A DNA stretch of 32,000 bases from Candidatus Nanosynbacter lyticus (GCF_000803625.1 NZ_CP007496.1:300001-332000); one strand, 5' to 3'. Positions 9,750 through 17,709 are shown, counted from the first letter of the stretch. The notes: a model not told the origin generated them from the sequence alone. Translations and numbers: made by a program.

Positions 9750-9943
9750 GGTTCTCGCAATTCCTTTGTCTATTTTTATAATACTTAACTAATATATAAC
9801 ACAGCTTTATGTTTGTGGCAAGTCGTCATATCTATTTTTATCTAATTTTCCACAGCGCTATAAGATGTGAATAAAAAAGTGTTGCAAATTTTACCCTTGC
9901 AATTGGCGTGCGGTTCATGATATTAGCAAGCGGTCACATAAAA

Positions 9944-9968
9944 ATCACCGCCCAAAGCGGACGGTGAT
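9944..9968 (-). terminator. Intrinsic terminator downstream of rplL
   Basis: Minus strand: ATCACCGTCC-GCTTT-GGGCGGTGAT followed by TTTTAT. Confidence 0.7.
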
Positions 9969-9999
9969 CAAACGAAACAAATTGGCGTTATATAACAAA

Positions 10000-10377
10000 T
10001 TATGAAAGCTCAACGCTAGCGCCGGCACCTTCCAAAGTCTTCTTTGCAGCTTCAGCGTCGTCTTTAGAAACTTTCTCTACAACTGGTGCTGGAGCGCCGT
10101 CGACGATAGCTTTTGCTTCGCCAAGGCCCAAACCGGTGATTTCTTTAACAGCCTTGATGACAGCAACCTTCTGAGAACCAGCGTCTTTCAAAGTAACTGT
10201 GAACTCAGTTTTTTCGTCAGCCGCAGCAGCGTCACCGCCAGCAGCTGGACCAGCAACAGCGACAGCTGCAGCAGCTGGCTCGATGCCATATTCTTCTTTA
10301 AGATGATTTTTCAATTCGTTAACTTCTAGAACTGTCAATTTTACAAGTTCTTCAGCCAATTTCTTAATATCAGCCAT
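10000..10377 (-). CDS. rplL: 50S ribosomal protein L7/L12
   Basis: '[71 protein letters not shown]'. Confidence 0.98.
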   Translation of the reverse strand: MADIKKLAEELVKLTVLEVNELKNHLKEEYGIEPAAAAVAVAGPAAGGDAAAADEKTEFTVTLKDAGSQKVAVIKAVKEITGLGLGEAKAIVDGAPAPVVEKVSKDDAEAAKKTLEGAGASVELS

Positions 10378-10442
10378 TGATATTCTCCTTGATTATTATA
10401 TTGTTGCGATGAATGCAACGTTACTAGTATTGATTGCTAAAC

Positions 10443-10967
10443 TTAAGCAGTAGCTTTGGCTTCGATGCCGTCCAGAAGTCCGTACAAATTGCCACCAAGC
10501 GCGTTGACTGTGTCGTGTACTGGTGATAGCAATTGTGATACCACTTGAGCAACGAGCTGGTCTTTGCTCGGTAGACCTGCCAATGCTTTAACGTCAGCTT
10601 CGCTAATTGCCAAGCCTTCGCCCGAGAAGCCACCTGCAAGTTGTAATGCTGGATGCGTTTTTGCAAACGTGTCCAATACCTTTGCTGGCATAACTTCATC
10701 TTCGGTGCTTACAGCGTAAACCAATTGACCAACCAATAAGCTGGTGTCGGTTTCTTTGTAAGTATCGATTTCCTGAAGAGCTACGCGCACCAGTCGGTTT
10801 TTAACAACCTTGATGGTAACGCCCGCTTCGCGGGCAGCCTTGCGTAGTTCTTGCAAGTCAGCCACGGTAAGTGTCTGATAGCGAGCGAACGCTGTACCTT
10901 TGGCGTCTTTTAGAAGCCCTGTTAGTTCAGCAACCAAAGTTTGTTTTTTATCGCGTGAAATTGCCAT
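10443..10967 (-). CDS. rplJ: 50S ribosomal protein L10
   Basis: 'MAISRDKKQTLVAELTGLLKDAKGTAFARYQTLTVADLQELRKAAREAGVTIKVVKNRLVRVAL'; GAAAGGA Shine-Dalgarno sequence; followed by rplL. Confidence 0.97.
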   Translation of the reverse strand: MAISRDKKQTLVAELTGLLKDAKGTAFARYQTLTVADLQELRKAAREAGVTIKVVKNRLVRVALQEIDTYKETDTSLLVGQLVYAVSTEDEVMPAKVLDTFAKTHPALQLAGGFSGEGLAISEADVKALAGLPSKDQLVAQVVSQLLSPVHDTVNALGGNLYGLLDGIEAKATA

Positions 10968-11153
10968 AAAAATCCTTTCTTTGATTGAGTTAATTTGTTA
11001 TGTGCCAATTTGTTAACGTGCGGTAATGGAGAATCAAAAAACGTCTTTGATTCTCGCACTACCAAAGACGTCAAATAAAACTGTTAGTTTCATCCCTCGG
11101 TGGCATTTTTACATCTGTTTTTACACAAATCGCCACTGTCTTTGGTAATGTTC
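10968..11153 (-). promoter_or_regulatory. Ribosomal protein L10 leader with attenuator
   Basis: About 186-nt leader upstream of rplJ. It contains a hairpin 11041-11071 (ACGTCTTTG...CAAAGACGT) followed by TTTTTT, and two mutually exclusive alternative stems. Confidence 0.75.
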
Positions 11154-11159
11154 CTTAGA

Positions 11160-11188
11160 ATTGTAGCAGAAATGACAACGAAAGACAA
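11160..11188 (-). promoter_or_regulatory. Candidate rplJL promoter TTGTCT-N17-TACAAT
   Basis: Minus strand: -35 at 11188..11183 and -10 at 11165..11160, just downstream of the whiB-like stop codon. Confidence 0.6.
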
Positions 11189-11200
11189 GGGTTATGGCGA

Positions 11201-11527
11201 TTATTCTCCAGCTGATTCAATTGCCTTTTTTATCGCTTTTTTACCTGATCGTAATATTCTTCTGCGTTGAGGGGCAGTTGTGCCTCCCCAAACTCCATAT
11301 TCAGTAGATTCTGGGTGTTGGAGCGCATATTCTAGACATTGCTTTAATACTGGGCATTTTCGACACATGGCTATGGCGGCTTCCGCGGCTTCTGTCTTTC
11401 TGATACCTCTTAAATCTTGATTTGGAATACTTGAGTTTATTTGGAAAAATAAGCGATCAGCTTCTTCGGGAGCTAGTCTCGCGCATTCGGCGCCGTCCAA
11501 TAGACCTTTGTTATTCAATTTTGACAT
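11201..11527 (-). CDS. WhiB-like (Wbl) Fe-S cluster transcription factor
   Basis: 108 aa with four Cys in the Wbl arrangement (AEC...MCRKCPVLKQC, i.e. C...C-x2-C-x5-C), then 'EYGVWGGTTAPQRRRI', matching the Wbl G[VI]WGG turn and basic C-terminus. Confidence 0.85.
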   Translation of the reverse strand: MSKLNNKGLLDGAECARLAPEEADRLFFQINSSIPNQDLRGIRKTEAAEAAIAMCRKCPVLKQCLEYALQHPESTEYGVWGGTTAPQRRRILRSGKKAIKKAIESAGE

Positions 11528-11591
11528 ATTATTATTTTACAATAATATAGTAATAAAATCAAATATATATTAATCTTGGACAAAGAAAAAG

Positions 11592-11612
11592 CCCGCTCTG
11601 TAGTAGAGCGGG
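11592..11612 (-). terminator. Intrinsic terminator downstream of the repeat surface protein gene
   Basis: Minus strand: CCCGCTCT-ACTAC-AGAGCGGG-CTTTTTCTTT. Confidence 0.85.
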
Positions 11613-11639
11613 TGTGAACTTTTACGCCTATGATTGGCG

Positions 11640-11676
11640 CCGAGGGGTGCTAGAGGGTTGGGCTAGCACCCCTCGG
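11640..11676. repeat. Perfect 14-bp inverted repeat (hairpin) in the 3'UTR of the surface protein gene
   Basis: CCGAGGGGTGCTAG (11640-11653), 9-nt loop, CTAGCACCCCTCGG (11663-11676). Confidence 0.9.
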
Positions 11677-11688
11677 ACTAGGGGTGTT

Positions 11689-12378
11689 TCAGGCGCGGCG
11701 CTTCTGCCTCGCCTGAGATATCACTTCCCACCCCAGCGCGGCCAAGATGACCGCGATCCAGGGTAGGTTAGCAGAAGATGACCCGGTCTTCGCCAGGACC
11801 GAAGTCTCTGGCTTAGACTCCGGAGTCGGTGTAGGACTTGGTTCCGGTGCCGGAGGCGGAGGTGTCGGTTCCGTCGTTGGTGTGGGCACCGGTTCCGGCG
11901 TGGGTGCCGGAGGCGGAGGTGTCGGTTCCGTCGTTGGTGTGGGCACCGGTTCCGGCGTGGGTGCCGGAGGCGGAGGTGTCGGTTCCGTCGTTGGTGTGGG
12001 CACCGGTTCCGGCGTGGGTGCCGGAGGCGGAGGTGTCGGTTCCGTCGTTGGTGTGGGCACCGGTTCCGGCGTGGGTGCCGGAGGCGGAGGTGTCGGTTCC
12101 GTCGTTGGTGTGGGCACCGGTTCCGGCGTGGGTGCCGGAGGCGGAGGTGTCGGTTCCGTCGTTGGTGTGGGCACCGGTTCCGGCGTGGGTGCCGGAGGCG
12201 TCGGAGGTACACATTGCTCCACGGAAGGGTTGCACTCGATACAACCTTTCCCGGTACATTCCAATGAAGGGGTGGTGGCTTGGGATGTTCCTCCGAAGAG
12301 GAGGGCCGTTCCGATGAACCCTAGGAGGATCGCCCCTAAAACGATCCTTAGGGGGGTCCGCTTCCTTGGCCTGGTCAT
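11689..12378 (-). CDS. Proline/threonine-rich repeat surface protein with LAKTG sortase-like C-terminus
   Basis: Start MTRPRKRTPLRIVLGAILLGFIGTALLFGG with AAAGGGA Shine-Dalgarno sequence. Six copies of APTPEPVPTPTTEPTPPPP. Ends 'VLAKTGSSSANLPWIAVILAALGWEVISQARQKRRA'. The ORF is open to 12420. Confidence 0.82.
   Translation of the reverse strand: MTRPRKRTPLRIVLGAILLGFIGTALLFGGTSQATTPSLECTGKGCIECNPSVEQCVPPTPPAPTPEPVPTPTTEPTPPPPAPTPEPVPTPTTEPTPPPPAPTPEPVPTPTTEPTPPPPAPTPEPVPTPTTEPTPPPPAPTPEPVPTPTTEPTPPPPAPTPEPVPTPTTEPTPPPPAPEPSPTPTPESKPETSVLAKTGSSSANLPWIAVILAALGWEVISQARQKRRA
11855..12196. repeat. Six perfect tandem copies of a 57-nt unit (19 codons)
   Basis: GGCGGAGGTGTCGGTTCCGTCGTTGGTGTGGGCACCGGTTCCGGCGTGGGTGCCGGA x6. 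The phase shifts by 3 nt per 60-nt line with no mismatch seen. Confidence 0.95.
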
Positions 12379-12517
12379 GATTTTTCCCTTTCGTGAGTGG
12401 TGCTGATTGTAAAAGTTCACTGTCCAGTCACGCTGGAAAGTAAAAAATACACATCAGCAATCTATTGGACTTTACTATTTTAGCATAAAATCAGAAAAAA
12501 TCAATAGTCTAATAAAA

Positions 12518-12541
12518 AATCCCGCCAGAATTGACGGGATT
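12518..12541 (-). terminator. Intrinsic terminator downstream of rplA
   Basis: Minus strand: AATCCCGTC-AATTCT-GGCGGGATT followed by TTTTTAT. Confidence 0.8.
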
Positions 12542-12562
12542 TAATTGTCTGAAATGTAAAGA

Positions 12563-13570
12563 CTACAAAGAGTTCTCTACTTTAATACCAGGGCCCATAG
12601 TTGTAGCGACTGCAACACTCTTAATGTAAACACCCTTTAAGCTGGACGGCTTTTGAGAGTTTAAGCTGCTTAGGAATGCGCGTGCGTTTTCTGACAATTT
12701 TTCAGTACCGAATGATACTTTTCCGATTGATAAGTGAACGATGGCTTGCTTATCAACGCGATATTCAACTTTTCCGGCCTTTGCTTCAGAAACGGCTTTA
12801 GCGACGTCGGCAGCAACGGTGCCAGACTTTGGATTTGGCATCAAACCGCGTGGGCCAAGCAATCGTGCGTACTTACCAAGCTTTGGCATGTACTGCGGAG
12901 TTGCAACCAAAATGTCGAAGTTCAGCTCTTCCTTATCCAATTGGCTTAGGAATTCTTCGTCACCAATGATGTCAGCGCCAGCTTTTTTAGCGGCAGCATG
13001 TTCTGATTCTGGTGCGAAAACTGCTACGCGAACATCCTTACCTGTACCGTGCGGCAATGCTACGGTTGAGCGGATGTTTTGGTCCGCTTGGCGTGGGTCA
13101 ACGCCCAAGCGGATGTGGATTTCAACACTAGCGTCAAACTTAACTGGGCTGGTTTCAGTGGCCAATTTCAAAGCCTCGTCTAAGCTGTACAATTTGTTCT
13201 TCTCGATGTTTTTTGCAACTTCCTGGTATTTTTTACCGCGGCGCTCCAAGCGTGGACGAGTAACTGGCTTTGGGCCTTTCTTTACGTGAGCCTCAGCATC
13301 GTCAGACTGTGGAGTGGTGTCGCCAGCTTCCTTGCGAGCTTCCTTCTCTGCTTTTTCAGCAGCCTCGTCTAGGGCTTTTTGGCTGCGTTTGCCAGATTTG
13401 GCAACTACGGCTTCACGTTCAGCGACGACATCTTTGTCTTTGTTGTCGTGAGATTTAGTTGTATCGGCAGCTTCTGCAATTGCTGCTTCAATTTCAGCGA
13501 TCGTGTTTTTTTCGCTGACTGCTAATTTTAGTTCTGCTGCTTTTTCTAGCAACTCGGCTTTCTTTACCAT
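12563..13570 (-). CDS. rplA: 50S ribosomal protein L1 with a long charged N-terminal extension
   Basis: L1 core: 'KYARLLGPRGLMPNPKSGTVAADVAKAVSEAKAGKVEYRVDKQAIVHLSIGKVSF...FLSSLNSQKPSSLKGVYIKSVAVATTMGPGIKV'. Start chosen at MVKKAELLEK (AGAAAGGA Shine-Dalgarno sequence); the ORF is open to 13633. Confidence 0.93.
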   Translation of the reverse strand: MVKKAELLEKAAELKLAVSEKNTIAEIEAAIAEAADTTKSHDNKDKDVVAEREAVVAKSGKRSQKALDEAAEKAEKEARKEAGDTTPQSDDAEAHVKKGPKPVTRPRLERRGKKYQEVAKNIEKNKLYSLDEALKLATETSPVKFDASVEIHIRLGVDPRQADQNIRSTVALPHGTGKDVRVAVFAPESEHAAAKKAGADIIGDEEFLSQLDKEELNFDILVATPQYMPKLGKYARLLGPRGLMPNPKSGTVAADVAKAVSEAKAGKVEYRVDKQAIVHLSIGKVSFGTEKLSENARAFLSSLNSQKPSSLKGVYIKSVAVATTMGPGIKVENSL

Positions 13571-13684
13571 AATAATCCTTTCTGTGGTACGAACGGCGAT
13601 TCGTGACTCTACGACGGACCCGCCTCCCAGCATTGATTGATAGTGATGAAATTATACCATATTTTTAGAGATTAGTGCAAATAT

Positions 13685-13712
13685 TTGATTTTATGAAAAA
13701 GAATTGTATAAT
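13685..13712 (+). promoter_or_regulatory. Promoter TTGATT-N16-TATAAT
   Basis: -35 at 13685-13690, -10 at 13707-13712. Expected TSS about 13719, only a few nt before ATG 13723. Confidence 0.65.
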
Positions 13713-13722
13713 ATTTAATATT

Positions 13723-14217
13723 ATGAGTGAGTTTTCGGAAAGGTCAAATAGAGATAAGTTTACGGAAATCGTAGGTAACGAAGACGGTTCTTTAGGAACG
13801 ATAGATATCTACGTCCCAGAGCAATGTATGTCCTGTCCAAGAATAATAGAAGCGTTAAATAACCTAGATGAATACAGAAAAACAGTAAACAGACTTTTGG
13901 CGATGGCGTTGGGCGGTGATAAAGTAGCGTTGGTTGACGAGGCTACCGGCGAGACATTAGATGAAGATAAAGCTACCAAAATTGTTTGTAAAATGGCCGC
14001 CAGCGGAATGAACGAGCTAGATGAAAATATTGCAAAAGCGCAGAGGGATATTTACATGTTAGCTAATGGGTGTACAGGACCCTTGGGGCTGCAGGCATCT
14101 GATGGAGAGAGGCGCGTGAGTGTCCATATGTGTGATAGTCCAGGAGTTTTTTATTCAGGCTTGGGTGAGTCACAGATCGGAGAGGCTGTAATAATAGAGC
14201 GCGAATTAGAAGAGTGA
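13723..14217 (+). CDS. Uncharacterised cysteine-containing protein (CMSC = CxxC motif)
   Basis: Direct translation of the + strand gives 'MSEFSERSNRDKFTEIVGNEDGSLGTIDIYVPEQCMSCPRIIEALNNLDEYRKTVNRLL...'. The ORF opens at GTG 13675, but the promoter placement favours ATG 13723. Confidence 0.65.
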   Translation: MSEFSERSNRDKFTEIVGNEDGSLGTIDIYVPEQCMSCPRIIEALNNLDEYRKTVNRLLAMALGGDKVALVDEATGETLDEDKATKIVCKMAASGMNELDENIAKAQRDIYMLANGCTGPLGLQASDGERRVSVHMCDSPGVFYSGLGESQIGEAVIIERELEE

Positions 14218-14276
14218 TATTTTTATATAAAATGAGGGCTAACGCATAGTTACTGTTTTTTGCTAAACTAGTAACT

Positions 14277-15557
14277 ATGGACATAACAATTACAAACATA
14301 CAGGCAAGGCAAATTTTAGATTCACGTGGTAATCCGACGGTTGAGGCTGACGTAATTCTGAGTGACGGTTCTTTTGGGCGGGCGGCTGTTCCCTCTGGTG
14401 CTAGTACTGGGTCGTTTGAAGCGGTTGAGCTGAGGGATGGTGAGTTGGCGTTCGGCGGTAAGGGTGTGCTTCGAGCGGTTGATAACGTTAATAATGAAAT
14501 CGCTCAGGCCTTAAAAGGAATGAGCCCGTTTGATCAGGCGGCGATTGACAATAAAATGAAATCTCTGGATGGTACGCCAAATAAGGCGCGCCTGGGTGCA
14601 AATGCAATTTTAGCGGTGTCGTTGGCTGTAGCGAAAGCTGCCGCTAAGTCACGTGGCGTGGAGTTGTATCAATACGTCAATAGCTTGGCTGGAAATCCTA
14701 CAATGTCTCTGCCGATGCCGATGATTAATGTGATGAACGGCGGCCAGCATGCGCTCGGTGCGACTGATTTTCAGGAATATATGATTATTCCAACTAGTGC
14801 GGCAACTTTTGCGGATGCGGTTCGAATGAGCGCGGAAGTTTTTCATGCGCTGGCGAAAATCCTGAAAGATGAGGGTTATCCGACGACAGTTGGTGATGAA
14901 GGTGGCTATGCGCCGCATGTCAGAAATGGCAACATGGAGCCAATTCTGCTTTTGACTAGAGCGATTGAGCAGGCCGGCTATAAATTGGGTGTAGACTTTG
15001 GGTTTGCGCTGGATGTGGCGGCAAGTGAGCTTTATAAAGATGGCAAATATCACTTGTCGACTGAGCGCCGCGTATTGTCGGCTGATGAAATGATTCGCAC
15101 ATATAAGGCGCTGCTTGGGCGCGTGCCGGTTCTTTCGATTGAGGATGGCTTAAACGAAGAAGCCTGGGAAGATTGGGAGAAGATGACAGCAGATTTGGGG
15201 CATTTTGCTCAGTTGGTTGGTGATGATCTTCTGGTGACGAATGTCGAGCGATTGAAGCGTGGAATTGAGGAAAAAGCTGGCAATGCTATTTTAATTAAGC
15301 CAAATCAAATTGGCACATTGACTGAGACTATTCAGGCGGTTGTGATGGCGAAAAATGCTGGCTGGAACACCGTGATGAGTCATCGGTCGGGTGAAACTGA
15401 GGATGTAACAATTTCTCATCTGGCAGTTGGACTGGGAACGGGTCAAATTAAGACTGGCTCGATGTCTCGCTCGGAGAGAATTGCTAAATATAATGAGCTG
15501 CTGAGAATTGCGGAAAAGCGTCCAGATTTGGAAATTGCCCATCCGTTTGTCAGATAA
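14277..15557 (+). CDS. eno: Enolase (phosphopyruvate hydratase)
   Basis: '[17 protein letters not shown]', '[18 protein letters not shown]', '[15 protein letters not shown]', 'VGDEGGYAP', '[13 protein letters not shown]', 'SHRSGETED'. Confidence 0.99.
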   Translation: MDITITNIQARQILDSRGNPTVEADVILSDGSFGRAAVPSGASTGSFEAVELRDGELAFGGKGVLRAVDNVNNEIAQALKGMSPFDQAAIDNKMKSLDGTPNKARLGANAILAVSLAVAKAAAKSRGVELYQYVNSLAGNPTMSLPMPMINVMNGGQHALGATDFQEYMIIPTSAATFADAVRMSAEVFHALAKILKDEGYPTTVGDEGGYAPHVRNGNMEPILLLTRAIEQAGYKLGVDFGFALDVAASELYKDGKYHLSTERRVLSADEMIRTYKALLGRVPVLSIEDGLNEEAWEDWEKMTADLGHFAQLVGDDLLVTNVERLKRGIEEKAGNAILIKPNQIGTLTETIQAVVMAKNAGWNTVMSHRSGETEDVTISHLAVGLGTGQIKTGSMSRSERIAKYNELLRIAEKRPDLEIAHPFVR

Positions 15558-15570
15558 TCTACGAAAAAAG

Positions 15571-15597
15571 CTTCCCTTTTAGGTGTCTAACGGGAAG
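15571..15597 (+). terminator. Intrinsic terminator after eno
   Basis: CTTCCC...GGGAAG followed by TTTTTTG, with internal TTAG/CTAA pairing. Confidence 0.7.
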
Positions 15598-15612
15598 TTT
15601 TTTGTTTGAAAA

Positions 15613-16170
15613 TTATTTTCTTATAAATTCAATTTCTCCGGAGTCATTGATGCGGATAATTTGTGACGGCTTAGAATCTACAATTTCTCCGGAATCAACA
15701 TAGACGGAAGCAGATTCATGGAAGTAATTGATTGCCTCGGTAATGTTATTTGCTGACTCTTTATCTGGTGGGTTAGCACTAGGAGCGGCTAAGTAGCCGA
15801 CTTTCTGAATTAATTCCGACAGTGGTGATTTTGGGATGACACGAAATGCCAGCGTGCCGTTAATGTGCGGTATATGTGGCAGAAAATCAGGCGATACATT
15901 CACGACTATTGTCGTTGGTTGATTTTTGGCTAACTCTTGATAACTTTCTTGTAAGTGTGGCGCCAACCCAGGAATATCATTAATGTCGGTAACAAGAACG
16001 ATAACAGATTTATCTAAGGATCTTTGCTTGATTTTATACAATCTTTCAATTGCTCTCTTTGATTCAGCTCTAGCCAGTACGCCATAAATAGTGTCGGTCT
16101 TAGCGACGACTAGCTGATCGGATTGGAGAGCTGAGATAACTGCACTGTCTAAAATATTTTCTACAATCAT
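15613..16170 (-). CDS. Sua5/YciO/YrdC/TsaC family L-threonylcarbamoyladenylate synthase
   Basis: 'QLVVAKTDTIYGVLARAESKRAIERLYKIKQRSLDKSVIVLV', 'NGTLAFRVIP', 'YLAAPSANPPDKESANN'. Confidence 0.88.
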   Translation of the reverse strand: MIVENILDSAVISALQSDQLVVAKTDTIYGVLARAESKRAIERLYKIKQRSLDKSVIVLVTDINDIPGLAPHLQESYQELAKNQPTTIVVNVSPDFLPHIPHINGTLAFRVIPKSPLSELIQKVGYLAAPSANPPDKESANNITEAINYFHESASVYVDSGEIVDSKPSQIIRINDSGEIEFIRK

Positions 16171-16191
16171 TTTTCAAATTTTACCATAAAA

Positions 16192-16216
16192 ATAACCCCG
16201 ACAGATTCGGGGCTAT
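16192..16216 (-). terminator. Intrinsic terminator downstream of rplK
   Basis: Minus strand: ATAGCCCCGA-ATCTG-TCGGGGTTAT followed by TTTTAT (one mismatch in stem). Confidence 0.7.
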
Positions 16217-16230
16217 TCTCCTTTTTCAAA

Positions 16231-16656
16231 TTAGTCGACGATTTCTACGCCCATTGAGCGAGCTGATCCAGCAACAACTTTCATTGCGCCTTCAATATCG
16301 ATTGCGTTCAATTGGTCTTTTTTCGCTTCAGCAATTTCTTGTAATTGCGCGCGAGTAAGCTTACCAACCTTATCAACGTGTGGCTTACCACTTCCCTTTT
16401 GGATGCCAGCCTTTTCACGAATCATGTCGTCAACTGGTTGTCCAAGCGAATTCCAAGTGAAGGTTCGATCTTCGTAAACTTGAATGTGAACAATTACGTC
16501 CTTACCCATCATGTCTTTGGTGGCGTCGTTAAATGGATTGATAAAGTCCATCATGTTCAAGCCCCACTGACCGAGTGTTGAACCAACTGGAGGACCTGCT
16601 GTCGCCCGACCAGCTGGAATGCGCAATTTTAAATTACCAATAATTTTCTTTGCCAT
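16231..16656 (-). CDS. rplK: 50S ribosomal protein L11
   Basis: 'KLRIPAGRATAGPPVGSTLGQWGLNMMDFINPFNDATKDMMG...VAGSARSMGVEI'; AAGGA Shine-Dalgarno sequence. Confidence 0.97.
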   Translation of the reverse strand: MAKKIIGNLKLRIPAGRATAGPPVGSTLGQWGLNMMDFINPFNDATKDMMGKDVIVHIQVYEDRTFTWNSLGQPVDDMIREKAGIQKGSGKPHVDKVGKLTRAQLQEIAEAKKDQLNAIDIEGAMKVVAGSARSMGVEIVD

Positions 16657-16722
16657 AGTTATTCCTTATAGTTTATAGTGCGTAACCCGAATATTATAGC
16701 GAAAAATTCGCTAAATTGCAAG

Positions 16723-17268
16723 CTAAGCTTTTTTAACCTGCAAGGCGTCCAGCTCGACTGGAGTGTCGCGGCCAAACATACTAACCATAACTTTCAGCGT
16801 GCCCTTAGAAGCATCGATTTCGCTAACTGCGCCGTCAAAGCCTTTGAACGGACCGTCAGTAATCGATACGATTTCGCCTTCGGCGAAGTCAATTTGATGC
16901 TTTGGCTCCTCAACACCCATGCGCTTTTTAATCTTGGCAATTTCCTTTTCTGAAACTGGCGTTGGTGTCGTGTCGGCGCCAACAAATCCGGTTACACCTG
17001 GGGTGTTGCGGATAATATACCAGGTTTCGTCAGTCAATTTCATTTCTACCAACACATAGCCCTGGAAAATCTTAGCCTCAACGATTTTTCGCTTGCCGTT
17101 ACGGATTTGGATCTGTTTTTCCTTTGGCACGATAACGTCAAAAATCTTATCGGCCATGTCAACACCGTTAATGCGCTGACGGATTGACTCAGCAACTTTT
17201 TCTTCGTAGCCAGAATAAGTGTGGATTGCGTACCATTGCTGGCTGTCATCGTATCGTTTTGAACTCAT
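16723..17268 (-). CDS. nusG: Transcription termination/antitermination factor NusG
   Basis: 'QQWYAIHTYSGYEEKVAESIRQRI', 'IFQGYVLVEMKLTDETWYIIRNTPGVTGFVG', KOW region 'FAEGEIVSITDGPFKGFDGAVSEIDASKGTLKVMVSMFGRDTPVELDALQVKK'. Confidence 0.97.
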   Translation of the reverse strand: MSSKRYDDSQQWYAIHTYSGYEEKVAESIRQRINGVDMADKIFDVIVPKEKQIQIRNGKRKIVEAKIFQGYVLVEMKLTDETWYIIRNTPGVTGFVGADTTPTPVSEKEIAKIKKRMGVEEPKHQIDFAEGEIVSITDGPFKGFDGAVSEIDASKGTLKVMVSMFGRDTPVELDALQVKKA

Positions 17269-17280
17269 ATATAACTCCTT

Positions 17281-17610
17281 TTATTTCAAAAATTGATTAA
17301 AGCCCCAATTAAATGCAGCATCAAGTAGTAGGATTAGAACAACAAAAGCCAAGGTGAAGATGAGGACTGCTGCTGTCATCGCCCAAGTGGCTGAGCGGGT
17401 TGGCCAACGAACCAGCTTCAATTCTGCCCAAGCGCCCTTAAAATAACCAATTAGTGTGCCGCGTTCACTAGATTTTTTAGCTGTTTTTGCGACTACCTTG
17501 GTTGGCTTATTAGTCTTTTTTGTGACAGTTTTTTCTTTTTTTGGCGCGTCGTCAGTAGCTTTAATCCGACGAACTGTGATTTTGCTGCTTGCCTTGCCTT
17601 TCTGTGCCAT
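17281..17610 (-). CDS. secE: Preprotein translocase subunit SecE
   Basis: C-terminal 'GYFKGAWAELKLVRWPTRSATWAMTAAVLIFTLAFVVLILLLDAAFNWGFNQFLK'. Start chosen at MAQKGKASSK; the ORF is open to 17643. Confidence 0.88.
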   Translation of the reverse strand: MAQKGKASSKITVRRIKATDDAPKKEKTVTKKTNKPTKVVAKTAKKSSERGTLIGYFKGAWAELKLVRWPTRSATWAMTAAVLIFTLAFVVLILLLDAAFNWGFNQFLK

Positions 17611-17709
17611 ATTTTCTCCCAATTTAAAAAGTCTGCTTTTCACAGACTGTCAATAGTTATTGTAGTCTATCTAAGGAAAAATAGCAAGCTGCGCTATATA
17701 TCCTTTTCA

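Noticed and set aside
11855-12196. Possible CRISPR array
   Set aside because: The repeats are directly tandem with no variable spacers, lie in a coding frame, and no cas genes are nearby.
11747-12406. 219-aa, 159-aa and other long ORFs on both strands over the 57-nt repeat array
   Set aside because: They arise because a stop-free 57-nt unit (multiple of 3) is open in several frames. The glycine/valine repeats have no start context. Only the minus-strand frame has a signal peptide and C-terminal anchor.
14649-15542. Minus-strand ORFs of 134 and 83 aa inside eno
   Set aside because: Antisense shadows of a highly conserved enolase reading frame.
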